Of a stretch of 64,000 bases of DNA, positions 40,952 through 51,886 are shown in pieces. The DNA is from an uncultured OCS116 cluster bacterium (GTDB lineage: Bacteria; Pseudomonadota; Alphaproteobacteria; Rhizobiales; TMED25): positions 81,466 through 145,465 of the forward strand of contig CACMIP010000002.1 of assembly GCA_902613795.1 (NCBI GenBank), given 5' to 3'. The number at the start of each line of letters is the position of its first letter. Position 1 is the stretch's first letter. The notes under the pieces were generated by a model that saw only the letters and a program-made list of their open reading frames with translations, had not been told where the DNA came from and did no database searches. The translations under genes were made by a program, and so were the position numbers.

Positions 40952-42343
40952 ATGATTCCATTAACACACTGCAAAAATAAAAAAATATTCGTACTCGGCT
41001 TAGGACTATCAGGTGAAAGCGCCATCCGAGCCCTTGAAGCAGGTGGAGCTTATGTATCAGCATGGGATGATGATGATCTAGTAAGAAGAAATTATTTTAG
41101 GCGGGGTAAAAATATTATAAACCCCAAGGAAATTTCTGTTGAAGATTTAGACGTATTATTTTTAAGTCCCGGTATAGATACTAAAAAATCACCCCAAAAG
41201 AAATTCATTGATGAATTTAGTAGGAAAAAAAAATCAATAATCTGTGATATACAGCTTTTCGTGGATGAAATAAGTCACCGAAAAAGAAATGATAAAATTA
41301 TAATGTTAACGGGAACAAATGGGAAATCAACCACATCAATGATGATTTATCATATTCTTGATAAATTAGGTAAGAAAGTGCAAGTCGGCGGTAATATTGG
41401 TACAACAGGCGTGTTAGATTTTGATTTGAGTGATCAAGACATAACATTTATCATCGAGTTATCTTCATATCAGATAGAATTATCACCAAATATAAAGCCA
41501 GATATTGGAATACTGCTCAATATAAGCCCTGATCATCTTGACAGACACGGTAATATGGATAAATACATAGATATTAAATTTGATATTTTCAAAAACCAGA
41601 ATGAAGATGATATTTCAATTATTGGTTTAGACGGAGACATAGTATCTTCTGAAATTAAAAAAAGAAATTTTGAAAGTAATCTTATTTCATACAAAAATAA
41701 TTCACTAGATAAGAATAAAATTGCAGAACTACACACCAATGGTGAGGTGTCTAAGTATGATATATCAAAAATCTCAGCTTCCTATAAAATAACTTATCCG
41801 TCAAATATCACTGCTTGTATTGCTTGCATGCACGCAATGAAGATTGACTTTCATTCTTATTGTAAGCATTTCGATAGTTTTAAAGGCCTGCGTCACAGGA
41901 CTGAATTAATCCATGAATATAAAAATATTCAATATATAAATGATAGTAAGGCAACGAACGCTGATGCAACAAAACAAGCATTGACCTTATTTGATAATAT
42001 TTATTGGATACTAGGTGGTGTTGAGAAATATGGTGGAATTTCACAAATTACTCAATATTTTTCAAAAATAAAGAAGGCTTATCTAATTGGTGAGTCAGCA
42101 GATTCGCTTAGTAAAACTTTATTCAATTCAAAAGTTGAGTATGAGAATTGTGTGACATTAAGAAATGCAATCAATAGTTCAACCAAGGATGCTGAAAAGT
42201 CTAAATCAAGAGTAACTATTTTATTTTCACCAGCATGCGCATCTTTTGATCAATATAAAAATTTTGAGGAAAGAGGTTTGGAATTTACATCTATTGTTGG
42301 GGAAGTGGTTAGGGAAAGAAATGAAATTCGGCAGATCAACTAA
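40952..42343 (+). CDS. murD: UDP-N-acetylmuramoylalanine--D-glutamate ligase
   Basis: N-terminal Rossmann motif (VLGLGLSG), Mur ligase P-loop LTGTNGKSTT and NDSKATN. Confidence 0.93.
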   Translation: MIPLTHCKNKKIFVLGLGLSGESAIRALEAGGAYVSAWDDDDLVRRNYFRRGKNIINPKEISVEDLDVLFLSPGIDTKKSPQKKFIDEFSRKKKSIICDIQLFVDEISHRKRNDKIIMLTGTNGKSTTSMMIYHILDKLGKKVQVGGNIGTTGVLDFDLSDQDITFIIELSSYQIELSPNIKPDIGILLNISPDHLDRHGNMDKYIDIKFDIFKNQNEDDISIIGLDGDIVSSEIKKRNFESNLISYKNNSLDKNKIAELHTNGEVSKYDISKISASYKITYPSNITACIACMHAMKIDFHSYCKHFDSFKGLRHRTELIHEYKNIQYINDSKATNADATKQALTLFDNIYWILGGVEKYGGISQITQYFSKIKKAYLIGESADSLSKTLFNSKVEYENCVTLRNAINSSTKDAEKSKSRVTILFSPACASFDQYKNFEERGLEFTSIVGEVVRERNEIRQIN

Positions 42344-43466
42344 ATCAGGTTTATCCGATTGGTGGTGGACAATTGATAGGGTGCAGTTGGGCGCTATCAT
42401 AATTCTTATTATTTTTGGAATTGTATTAAACTTAGCTGCAAGTCCGCCAATAGCTGAAAGATTGAATTACATTGACCAATATTATTTTGTAAAGAAGCAA
42501 TCTATATTTATAGTTTTTGGTGCTTTGGTCACAATATTCTTTTCATTCTTAAATCTAAAAAATATTCGCAGGCTTTGCCTGCTAATCTTCGCAGTGTCGC
42601 TCATTTCAATATTCTTCATTAATATCTTTGGAGTCGAAATTAAGGGGGCTACTAGGTGGATGGATCTCGGTATAATCTCGCTGCAGCCGTCAGAATTTGC
42701 AAAGCCAGCCTTTATTGTGTTGATATCTTGGTTGATGTCTGAGTCAATAATAAAGAAAGTACCTGGAAAATCATTATCTTTTATATTGTATGTAATGTTT
42801 ATCATAGGTTTGATTTTGCAACCCGATATTGGCCAAGCAATTTTAGTAACACTCTCAGCCTCCATAATTTATTTTATAACGGGAATGCCGTTGATTGTTG
42901 GAGTTATAATTTTTCTAATATCACTGACCGGTATTGCCCTTTCTTATATTTATATTGATCACTTTACTCAACGACTAAATATTTTTTTAAACCCGAATCT
43001 TGGTGATACATATCAAATTGATACGGCATATAATGCCATAATTAATGGTGGGTGGTTTGGCGTTGGGCCGGGTGAAGGAACAATAAAGAATATACTTCCT
43101 GATGCTCATACAGATTTTATTTTTGCAGTAGCCGCTGAGGAGTTTGGATTAATCTTCTGTTTTATTATTATATTTTTGTTTGCATTCATAATTTTTCGAG
43201 GCGTCAAAAGATCTATAAATCAGCAAAATTTGTTCGCAAAAATTTCAACGATCGGTCTTATCTCGCTAATTTGCTTACAGATGGGTATAAATATTGCCGT
43301 AAATCTTGGGATTGTGCCAACAAAAGGAATGACACTACCATTTATCTCATATGGGGGCTCTTCAGCTATCTCCATCGCCATAACATTTGGTCTCATTCTT
43401 GCATTTACAAGACAAAAGAAAACTAATTTTGAATATTCATCGCGTAAACTGAGCTTTCAGAGCTGA
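42321..43466 (+). CDS. ftsW: Peptidoglycan glycosyltransferase FtsW (SEDS family)
   Basis: Polytopic SEDS protein (LQPSEFAKP, PDAHTDFIF, GLPLPFISYGGSS-like TLPFISYGGSS). I prefer the ATG at 42321 (MKFGRS..). The track start at 42246 lies deep inside murD. Confidence 0.93.
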   Translation: MKFGRSTKSGLSDWWWTIDRVQLGAIIILIIFGIVLNLAASPPIAERLNYIDQYYFVKKQSIFIVFGALVTIFFSFLNLKNIRRLCLLIFAVSLISIFFINIFGVEIKGATRWMDLGIISLQPSEFAKPAFIVLISWLMSESIIKKVPGKSLSFILYVMFIIGLILQPDIGQAILVTLSASIIYFITGMPLIVGVIIFLISLTGIALSYIYIDHFTQRLNIFLNPNLGDTYQIDTAYNAIINGGWFGVGPGEGTIKNILPDAHTDFIFAVAAEEFGLIFCFIIIFLFAFIIFRGVKRSINQQNLFAKISTIGLISLICLQMGINIAVNLGIVPTKGMTLPFISYGGSSAISIAITFGLILAFTRQKKTNFEYSSRKLSFQS

Positions 43467-43482
43467 CTGGAGGTATAAAGAA

Positions 43483-44577
43483 ATGAAAAAGAGATCAATT
43501 GTATTGGCATGTGGTGGGTCCGGCGGTCATATTAATCCTGCAATATCTCTCTACGAGGAGTTGATTATTTACGATCCTGATCTTGTTATCAATTTCTTTA
43601 GTGACAGTAGGGGTCAGGTATATCTGCAAGAGTTAGATAATATCAATGTAAAGAGGATTACTTCATCATCTCCATTTAGAGCTGATATTAACTCGAAGTT
43701 ATTTTTTTTATTTTACCTATCAATAGGTCTAATTCAGTCGATTTATCATCTCATCAGATTTAGGCCAAGGTTAATAATTTGTTTTGGTGGTTACACAGGA
43801 TTTCCAACAGCGATTGCTGCTTATTTGTTAATGATACCTGTGATAATTCACGAGCAAAATGCAGTTATGGGTAGAGCTAATAGATTCATATCATATTTTG
43901 CTGAATTAATTCTATTATCATTTGAGAATACAGAAAATATCAAGTTAAAACAGAAAGAAAAAGCTGTTTTTACTGGCCTGCCATTAAGGGACAGAATTAC
44001 GAAATACTCTTTGTGTGAAAATAAGGAAGGTAATTCTCTAAGCATTTTAGTTCTAGGGGGCAGCCAAGGAGCAAAAAAATTCACAGATCTCATACCAGAC
44101 ACTCTGTGCTATCTATCCAAAGAAATAAAACAAAGGCTTAAAATTTATCAAAATTGTGTCAGTGATGACAAGGTTCTATTAGAAAAAAAATACAGAGAAA
44201 TTGGAGTTAATTTTGACATCAAACCTTACTTCTCAGATATTGGCAGTATCATGGCGAAAGCAGATATCATTATATCACGAGCTGGTGCCAATACAATTTT
44301 CGAGATATGCTCATTTGGCAAGCCCTTCATTCTGGTCCCATTGCAAAACTCAATTGATGAGGATCAGTTCAAGAATGCAAAATTTTTTTTTGATAAGGGG
44401 GCCTGTCTAATCTTTAATGAAGCTACTAGTCATCCGAAGATGATGTCAAAAATGATAATTAATTTAATTTTAAGTAAAAATGAAAGAACTAGAATGGCAA
44501 ACAAAGCCAGAGAAATTGGCAAGGTAAAATCCAGAAAGGTATTTGTAAAGCTATTAGATAAATATTTATCAGAATGA
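43483..44577 (+). CDS. murG: UDP-N-acetylglucosamine--N-acetylmuramyl-(pentapeptide) pyrophosphoryl-undecaprenol GlcNAc transferase
   Basis: GT28 enzyme with G-loop ACGGSGGHINPA, HEQN and GGSQGA. Confidence 0.93.
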   Translation: MKKRSIVLACGGSGGHINPAISLYEELIIYDPDLVINFFSDSRGQVYLQELDNINVKRITSSSPFRADINSKLFFLFYLSIGLIQSIYHLIRFRPRLIICFGGYTGFPTAIAAYLLMIPVIIHEQNAVMGRANRFISYFAELILLSFENTENIKLKQKEKAVFTGLPLRDRITKYSLCENKEGNSLSILVLGGSQGAKKFTDLIPDTLCYLSKEIKQRLKIYQNCVSDDKVLLEKKYREIGVNFDIKPYFSDIGSIMAKADIIISRAGANTIFEICSFGKPFILVPLQNSIDEDQFKNAKFFFDKGACLIFNEATSHPKMMSKMIINLILSKNERTRMANKAREIGKVKSRKVFVKLLDKYLSE

Positions 44578-45965
44578 TTGAAAATAACGAGAATAAGGAT
44601 CTATTAACCATACATTTCATTGGTATTGGTGGCATTGGACTTTCTGCCATTGCAAAACTATGTCTGCACAATGGATATAATGTGCAAGGCAGTGATATCA
44701 AAAATAGTGATATACTGCAAAGCCTTGAAAACATGGGGATTAAAGTATTTGTTGGGCATAATTCTGATAACATAAATGCTAATATTGGAAAAGTTGTTTA
44801 CTCATCAGCCGTAAAAAATAAGAATCCAGAATTTATCAAAGCAAAAGATCTTAATATCCCAATATATTCGAGAGCTCAGATGCTTGCAGAAGTTATGCAA
44901 AAAAAGAAGTCTATATGTATTTCTGGTACGCATGGCAAGACATCATGTACATCAATGACATCTTGGATATTATCGTATGACAAAATTAAACCGACCACAT
45001 TGATTGGTGGGATTGACTACTCTTTCAATTCAAATCTACAGATAGGTGATGGTAATTGGATGGTAGTTGAAGCGGATGAGTCCGATAAAACATTTTTATC
45101 ATTACCCTCTGATATATCGTTGGTTACTAATATAGATGATGATCATATGGAAAACTATGGAACAATGAAGAATGTTGAGCGGTCATTTTTAAACTTTGCG
45201 AACAATATTAAAGAAGGGGGATATTTTTTATATTTTAGAGATAATCCAATTTCTTCAAAAGTTTTTAGTCATTCAAAATCACCAAATACAATAAGTTATG
45301 GGACTGATAAGCGTTCAGATGTTATAATAAAAAATATAGAGAAACTGCCTTTTGGCCATAAATTCGACCTATCTGGATTTATCAATGGGAAAAAATATAA
45401 TTTGAATCTTCGGATTAATGTGCCAGGAGTCTATAACGTCTGGAACTCAACGGCTGCAGTAGTAATTGGCTTGCTTAATGGGATAGCTGAAGAAAAGATC
45501 ATATATCAATTAGCAAAATATAAGGGAGTATATAGAAGATTTTCTAGCATTATTGAAAAGAGTGGAATAAGATATTTCGACGATTATGCACATCATCCAA
45601 CAGAAATTAATCAGCTATTGAAGTCAGCAAAAGAAGAAGCTGAAAATAGGGTGATAACGATTTTTCAGCCGCACAGGTATAGTCGAACACTGTCATTATA
45701 TGATAGTTTCTGTAACTCATTCAAGTATACAGATCGTCTTGGAATTTTACCAATTTATGCTGCTGGTGAAGAATATAAAAATATATTTGACTATTGGAAA
45801 TTTGCAGAAGATATAAAGAAAAAATCTAATACAGATACTCATTTTTTATCAAAGAGAGAGATAAGTAAATTTTTGAAAAATATAACAAAAGAAGGTGATA
45901 TTGTACTATTTGTTGGTGCGGGGGATATAAATGAAATATCAAAAGCTATTTGTAAAGAAATCTGA
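44574..45965 (+). CDS. murC: UDP-N-acetylmuramate--L-alanine ligase
   Basis: Contains HFIGIGGIGLSAIA, P-loop ISGTHGKTSCT and DDYAHHPTEI. It overlaps murG by 4 nt. Confidence 0.95.
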   Translation: MIENNENKDLLTIHFIGIGGIGLSAIAKLCLHNGYNVQGSDIKNSDILQSLENMGIKVFVGHNSDNINANIGKVVYSSAVKNKNPEFIKAKDLNIPIYSRAQMLAEVMQKKKSICISGTHGKTSCTSMTSWILSYDKIKPTTLIGGIDYSFNSNLQIGDGNWMVVEADESDKTFLSLPSDISLVTNIDDDHMENYGTMKNVERSFLNFANNIKEGGYFLYFRDNPISSKVFSHSKSPNTISYGTDKRSDVIIKNIEKLPFGHKFDLSGFINGKKYNLNLRINVPGVYNVWNSTAAVVIGLLNGIAEEKIIYQLAKYKGVYRRFSSIIEKSGIRYFDDYAHHPTEINQLLKSAKEEAENRVITIFQPHRYSRTLSLYDSFCNSFKYTDRLGILPIYAAGEEYKNIFDYWKFAEDIKKKSNTDTHFLSKREISKFLKNITKEGDIVLFVGAGDINEISKAICKEI

Positions 45966-45976
45966 CGGAATGTTCT

Positions 45977-46912
45977 ATGAATCACTTTTCAGATGCTGAT
46001 AAACTGAAAGCTAAATTTGATGGAAGAGTTACAGGTTATCTGCACACGAATTATCCATTAAAAAAAATATCATGGTTTCGTGTGGGAGGTTCTGCTGAGT
46101 TGATGTTCAAACCAAAAGATTTAACTGATCTGAAAAAATTTATGCACATCAAACCAAGTAATGTGCCTGTAACTGTCCTGGGTGGCGCATCAAATACATT
46201 AATAAGAGATCATGGCATACCAGGTGTGGTCATAATTCTTGGTAGAGCATTCAATTACATCAAGCAGACTGCGGTTGATACCATAGAGTGCGGAGCTGCA
46301 GTACCCAGTAAAAAGATTTCAAATTTTGTACTAAAAAATAATCTTGGAGGTCTCTCTTTTCTTAATACAATACCAGGAACTTTTGGAGGCGCAGTTAAGA
46401 TGAATTCAGGCGCCTATGGGGCAGAAGTTGCTGACATACTAATATCGGCAAAGTTTATTGATGATAGGGGTAATGAGTTTGACAGTAATCTCTCTGATAT
46501 ATGCTATGGCTATAGGTCGAGTAATATTTCGGATCATATGATTTGCATTTCCGCGACCATCAAAGGATCGATTGTAAACAGAGAGGAAATTATTCAAGAG
46601 ATTAATAGGCACAAGAAACATAGAAACTCTGCTCAGCCAGTAAAGGAGAGAACCGGAGGATCAACATTTAAGAACCCCATAAATGTTAAAGCATGGAAAT
46701 TAATCAGGGATGCAGGCTGTTTGGGTCTATCATCAGGTGATGCTGTTATATCTGGATTACATGCAAATTTTATAATCAATCGGGGTAATGCAACTGCACA
46801 TGATATTGAGCTTTTGGGGGAAAAAATAAAAAAGCGTGTTAAAGAGAAAACAGGAATAGATCTAGAGTGGGAAATAAGAAGGATTGGAAACGGTCCGAAG
46901 GTTGAGTTGTGA
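45977..46912 (+). CDS. murB: UDP-N-acetylenolpyruvoylglucosamine reductase
   Basis: FAD-binding PCMH domain (FRVGGSAE, LGGASNTL) and the C-terminal motif GGSTFKNP. Confidence 0.93.
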   Translation: MNHFSDADKLKAKFDGRVTGYLHTNYPLKKISWFRVGGSAELMFKPKDLTDLKKFMHIKPSNVPVTVLGGASNTLIRDHGIPGVVIILGRAFNYIKQTAVDTIECGAAVPSKKISNFVLKNNLGGLSFLNTIPGTFGGAVKMNSGAYGAEVADILISAKFIDDRGNEFDSNLSDICYGYRSSNISDHMICISATIKGSIVNREEIIQEINRHKKHRNSAQPVKERTGGSTFKNPINVKAWKLIRDAGCLGLSSGDAVISGLHANFIINRGNATAHDIELLGEKIKKRVKEKTGIDLEWEIRRIGNGPKVEL

Positions 46913-47823
46913 ATAATTTTTCAAAAAAACAAAATATATTATTACTCATGGGAGGTGTATCGCCGGAGAGAGAGATAAGTATACAGAGCGGTAAAGTCTG
47001 TCAAAAAGCGATAGAAGATCTGGGATATAGAGTTCAAACATTAGATCCGGATTATAATATAATAACAAGCCTGACTGAGCTAAACTTTGATATTGTCTTT
47101 AATTGCTTACATGGATCTTGGGGAGAGAATGGATATATCCAATCAATTTTTGAATTTTTAAATATCAAATATACGCATTCTGGTATTCTTGCATCAGCAA
47201 ATGCAATGAATAAATTAAAATCAAAAGAAATTTTTAAACATCAAAAAATCCCAGTAGCCAAATCATATTTACTCGAAAATTCAAATGATAAAATTGAATT
47301 CCCAATTGTTATCAAACCAATCAATGGCGGATCAAGTGTTGATATTTATTTGATAAATTCAAAAAATGAGTTAGATGAATTCATTGAGAAGAACCATGAG
47401 TCATTGAGTACTTTTTTTGCAGAAGATTTCGTGGATGGTGCTGATTATACTTGTGGAGTCATTGGGGGTAAGGCTACGCAAATAGCTGAAATAGTGACAA
47501 GTGGACAATTATTTGATTATCACGAGAAATATAGTTCTAATTCTGCTGCACATATCATTCCAGCAACTCTTAAACCAAATATTTACGAACAAATGAGAGA
47601 ATATTCATTGGCAGCGCATGATTGTTTAGGATGCAGAGGCGTCACGAGGGTTGATTTTAGATATTCCTCATCCAAAGAAGAAAAGCTTGTGTGTCTTGAA
47701 GTAAACACTCAACCGGGAATGACCAAGAAATCTCTGCTGCCTGAATTGGCAGAGTACTCAGGTATCTCGTTCCATGAATTGGTTGATTGGATTATTTGTG
47801 ACGCATCGTACAACAGATATTGA
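46909..47823 (+). CDS. ddl: D-alanine--D-alanine ligase
   Basis: ATP-grasp enzyme with LMGGVSPEREISIQSG, LHGSWGENG and LEVNTQPGMT. It overlaps murB by 4 nt. Confidence 0.93.
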   Translation: MNNFSKKQNILLLMGGVSPEREISIQSGKVCQKAIEDLGYRVQTLDPDYNIITSLTELNFDIVFNCLHGSWGENGYIQSIFEFLNIKYTHSGILASANAMNKLKSKEIFKHQKIPVAKSYLLENSNDKIEFPIVIKPINGGSSVDIYLINSKNELDEFIEKNHESLSTFFAEDFVDGADYTCGVIGGKATQIAEIVTSGQLFDYHEKYSSNSAAHIIPATLKPNIYEQMREYSLAAHDCLGCRGVTRVDFRYSSSKEEKLVCLEVNTQPGMTKKSLLPELAEYSGISFHELVDWIICDASYNRY

Positions 47824-47839
47824 TTTATTAGGATAAATA

Positions 47840-48610
47840 ATGCGAAATTTTATTTTTAGGATAAATAAAAAATATAAATTGAAAGCACTTGTAATTGTTG
47901 CGTTGATATTAATTCTAGTTTATTGCACGCCAATTTTAATTAAAAATTCAAAAAATATTATTAGCAGCTCGATGGAATATATTAATTTAGATGTAAAATT
48001 AAAGAACGTTAAAATATCAGGAATTGAAAATACAAAAGCAAGCGAGGTCGTAAACATTGTATCTGAGCTCAGGGGAATATCACTCTCAAGTATAGATTTA
48101 AGAAAAACTAGCTCTGAGATAAATAATATAGATTGGGTTAAAAAATCTGAATTAAGGAAGATTTATCCATCAACATTAGAGGTTAAAGTGTATGAGCATA
48201 ATCCAATTGCAATATGGTATAATGAAGGAAATAAGTTTTTAGTTGATAGAGATTCAAAAATAATTAGCGAATTAAATCCTGATAAATTTAAAAATTTAAA
48301 GGTGGTTGCTGGACCGAATGCACTTGAGGACATACCAGTTATTATTTCAATGATAGAAAATTATCCTGATTTCGAAAAAAAAGTTAAATCAATGTTGAGG
48401 GTAGGAGATCGACGCTGGACAATCCGACTACACAATGGAATAACAATACACCTGCCGGAAAAGAATGTTGCGAATGCGATCAAGGAGATAGAGGGTTTAG
48501 ACAGAGAGTACTCACTTCTGAGCAGATATATTGAAATAATTGATATGAGATTACCTGATAGAATTGATATACTACCCGCCGGTATTATGATGAACAGCTC
48601 CAAAATATAA
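47840..48610 (+). CDS. ftsQ: Cell division protein FtsQ
   Basis: 256 aa with an N-terminal TM helix, a POTRA domain (VKISGIENTKASEV) and an FtsQ beta domain. It sits between ddl and ftsA. Confidence 0.8.
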   Translation: MRNFIFRINKKYKLKALVIVALILILVYCTPILIKNSKNIISSSMEYINLDVKLKNVKISGIENTKASEVVNIVSELRGISLSSIDLRKTSSEINNIDWVKKSELRKIYPSTLEVKVYEHNPIAIWYNEGNKFLVDRDSKIISELNPDKFKNLKVVAGPNALEDIPVIISMIENYPDFEKKVKSMLRVGDRRWTIRLHNGITIHLPEKNVANAIKEIEGLDREYSLLSRYIEIIDMRLPDRIDILPAGIMMNSSKI

Positions 48611-48624
48611 TTTAAGAGTTTCTC

Positions 48625-49926
48625 ATGTATTTGATGTCATTTGATAAGATGTCTGGATTAAATCTTAAAAAAAATATCAATACAATTTCTGCAGTATTGG
48701 ATATTGGTTCAGATAAAATAATTTGTTTAATAGCAAAAAATACCATTGTTGAAGATTATGGGGGAAAATTTGAAATTCTTGGGCTGGGTCACCATAAATC
48801 CAGTGGTTTTGAACACGGAAGCATAGTTGATCCTTCAAATCTAGAATTGGCAATTAGGAAAGCAATTGAGGATGCTGAAAAAATGTCCTCATTAACTATT
48901 GATAAAATTACAGCGAATATCAATTCTAATAAGGTTGAGTCAAATTTATTTGAAATTAGCATTCCAATTAATGATACCCAAGTGACAAAAAGAGAGCTGG
49001 ATAAAGCATTATCAATAGCTGCAGAACAGAATGAGTCATCTGATAAATTAATATTTGATACCATTCCATTAGGTTTTTCAATTGATGGAGTCGATTTAAT
49101 TGAAGATCCAGTAGGCATGTATGGAGAAAAACTAAATATAAATCTAAATAATCTAACATGTGCAAAAGGTATCATTCAGAATATTAGTAATGTGATTGAA
49201 AGCGCGCATATTAAATTGGAAAGGATAATTTTTACACCGATTTCAAGTGCAGTAGCAACTCTGTCGAGTGACGAAGCAAACCTCGGATCAATTGTCATTG
49301 ATATGGGGGCCGGAACAACATCTTATTCGATATTCTCTGATAATATTTTTCGTTATGCAGGTGTGGTACCATATGGTGGTAATAATATAACTATTGATAT
49401 TGCGCGCGCACTATCAATCAGCATAGGTGATGCCGAAAAGTTAAAGATTTTGTATGGGGGTGTTCTTACTAACTCATATGATAATGGAGATACTGTTACT
49501 ATACAACAGTTGGGCTATGAGGAAGATGTAGGCTCCGAGAAGCAAATTCATAAATCAAATATTGCTGATATATCCAGAACAAGTGCTCTAGATATATTTG
49601 AAAAGGTGAAGTCTGCGATTCAAAATATTAGCCCGGGTTTGTTAAATCAAAAAAGAGTGGTACTAACAGGAGGGGCTAGCCAGCTTATTGGCATTGATGA
49701 TTTAGCCAGTGAAATTTTCCAGTCACCCGTTAGAAGGGCTGTCCCAAGACTAATCTCTCAAGATTTTGATATCTCGGATCCAATTTTTTCTAATGCTTGC
49801 GGTATGTTGATTTATTCACAGAACGAAACTTTTGTTAATAAAAAAATAACCACTAAAGGCTTATCTTATAATCAAGGTAATAATTTTTTTACTAGTTTGA
49901 TGAGATGGTTTAAGGACAGTTTCTAA
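48625..49926 (+). CDS. ftsA: Cell division protein FtsA
   Basis: Actin-like ATPase with DIGSDKI, IDMGAGTTS and LTGGASQL. The true start may be a downstream in-frame ATG. Confidence 0.9.
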   Translation: MYLMSFDKMSGLNLKKNINTISAVLDIGSDKIICLIAKNTIVEDYGGKFEILGLGHHKSSGFEHGSIVDPSNLELAIRKAIEDAEKMSSLTIDKITANINSNKVESNLFEISIPINDTQVTKRELDKALSIAAEQNESSDKLIFDTIPLGFSIDGVDLIEDPVGMYGEKLNINLNNLTCAKGIIQNISNVIESAHIKLERIIFTPISSAVATLSSDEANLGSIVIDMGAGTTSYSIFSDNIFRYAGVVPYGGNNITIDIARALSISIGDAEKLKILYGGVLTNSYDNGDTVTIQQLGYEEDVGSEKQIHKSNIADISRTSALDIFEKVKSAIQNISPGLLNQKRVVLTGGASQLIGIDDLASEIFQSPVRRAVPRLISQDFDISDPIFSNACGMLIYSQNETFVNKKITTKGLSYNQGNNFFTSLMRWFKDSF

Positions 49927-49979
49927 AAACTAATTGGCCTATAGATTTTATGAGTTAAATAAATACAGGATAAAATATC

Positions 49980-51806
49980 ATGACAATAAATTTGAAGATT
50001 CCAGATGCTATGAGTGAGTTGAAGCCAAGAATTACGGTATTTGGCGTAGGTGGTGCCGGCGGTAACGCTGTAAATAATATGATCCAAGAGGGATTAGATG
50101 GAGTCGAATTTGTTGTTGCTAATACTGATGCTCAAGCCCTTGCAATGTCAAGTGCAGACAGACGAATACAGATGGGGACAAATCTAACCGAAGGTTTGGG
50201 AGCCGGTTCGCAGCCAAAAATTGGCGCGGCAGCCGCCCAAGAGGCACAAGCAGAAATACTAGATTATTCGGCAGGATCTCATATGGTATTTATCACCGCT
50301 GGTATGGGCGGTGGAACGGGAACAGGCGCTGCGCCGGTAATAGCTCAGCTCTGCAAGGAGCAGGAAATCCTGACTGTTGCGGTAGTAACGAAACCTTTTC
50401 AATTTGAAGGTGTTAGGCGGATGGAAATTGCAGACGAAGGAATTGAAGAATTAAGCAAATATGTTGATACGTTAATTGTGATTCCAAATCAAAATCTATT
50501 TAGGATTGCTAATGAAAAAACTACATTTTCAGATGCTTTTGCAATGGCAGATCAAGTACTGCTTTCAGGGGTATCTGGTATAACAGACTTAATGGTAAAA
50601 GAAGGGTTGATAAACCTCGATTTTGCTGATGTAAAGTCAATTATGTTTGGGATGGGCAAAGCTATGATGGGTACAGGAGAAGCCTCCGGAGAAAAAAGAG
50701 CTATTGAAGCTGCGGAAGCAGCTATTTCGAATCCACTTTTGGATGATGTATCCATGAAAGGAGCGCAGGGTCTTCTCATTTCAATAACTGGCGGTGAAGA
50801 CCTTACTCTTTTTGAAGTTGATGAGGTTGCTACTAGAATAAGGGATGAGGTGGATAATAATGCAAACATCATATTGGGCGCAACATTTGACTCTAATTTG
50901 GAGGGATCCGTAAAAGTATCTGTGGTGGCAACTGGTATTCAAAATAATATCAAAAATATCGACTCAACAAATTATACATTTAATAAAAATTACACCATAC
51001 CAAAAATAAATAATAATAGAGATGAAGATCACAAGGATGAATTTCAGACACAACCTTTAAGTGACTTTTCAAAGGTTGTTTCCTCAGCTGCTGAAGATAA
51101 GAAATATGATGGTAACGTCTCAATAAAAAAAATAGATGGAAGTCATAATTTTTTCACTTCAAGAGATACGCAGAAGTCAGGTAATGAAAATTTAATGAAT
51201 GATAAAATGAGTAGCATGAGTATTAATGAAAAAAGACAACCAATAAATGAAATAAATGAAATACCGAGAGTGAGCGAGTTCTTTTCAATTAAAGATGAAA
51301 ATATCTCCATGGCAATGAATGAACAGCTCTTGGATGGAGGTGATAGAAAAAGCAAAGGTAGCTTTTTGAGTAAACTTGTAAATGTCGGCTTCAAGAAAAA
51401 AGAACAAGCTGATGAAATGCACATAGTTGAGAGTAACTATTCAAATATAGAATTGAACTCAAGTACTGAAATAGACGATAATATAGCTGCAAAAGTGCCT
51501 GAAATTGAAACTCTGGGGTCGGATATGATTGAGACCCATCAAGAAGAAGAAGTGCTGTCAGATGATTTGAGTACAAGCGTAGCTGATCAAGCAGATGAAG
51601 GGAGTCATAATTCAGATCACGATACTAAAGAAGTATTGGATGATATGGGTTTAGCTACTGATAATAAAAACCAAGATAGCCTACTGGATACTGAAACTGA
51701 TGAAAACAAAGAGGGTGATCTTCTGGATAATACATTTGATGACGACTCTTTGAATCCAGAGGAAGAATTAGAGTTACCATCATTCCTAAAAAAACAGGCT
51801 AATTAA
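49980..51806 (+). CDS. ftsZ: Cell division GTPase FtsZ with long acidic C-terminal linker
   Basis: Contains [13 protein letters not shown] and the tubulin signature [15 protein letters not shown]. After the roughly 320-aa core there is a linker of about 270 aa rich in D, E, N and S, then the conserved C-terminal peptide ELPSFLKKQ. Confidence 0.97.
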   Translation: MTINLKIPDAMSELKPRITVFGVGGAGGNAVNNMIQEGLDGVEFVVANTDAQALAMSSADRRIQMGTNLTEGLGAGSQPKIGAAAAQEAQAEILDYSAGSHMVFITAGMGGGTGTGAAPVIAQLCKEQEILTVAVVTKPFQFEGVRRMEIADEGIEELSKYVDTLIVIPNQNLFRIANEKTTFSDAFAMADQVLLSGVSGITDLMVKEGLINLDFADVKSIMFGMGKAMMGTGEASGEKRAIEAAEAAISNPLLDDVSMKGAQGLLISITGGEDLTLFEVDEVATRIRDEVDNNANIILGATFDSNLEGSVKVSVVATGIQNNIKNIDSTNYTFNKNYTIPKINNNRDEDHKDEFQTQPLSDFSKVVSSAAEDKKYDGNVSIKKIDGSHNFFTSRDTQKSGNENLMNDKMSSMSINEKRQPINEINEIPRVSEFFSIKDENISMAMNEQLLDGGDRKSKGSFLSKLVNVGFKKKEQADEMHIVESNYSNIELNSSTEIDDNIAAKVPEIETLGSDMIETHQEEEVLSDDLSTSVADQADEGSHNSDHDTKEVLDDMGLATDNKNQDSLLDTETDENKEGDLLDNTFDDDSLNPEEELELPSFLKKQAN

Positions 51807-51886
51807 TATATTAATATCTCGTATAGATCTCTTGCTTATACCGAAAAATGTGTATATCAATGTAAGTATTAGTAGGAACAAAGCAC

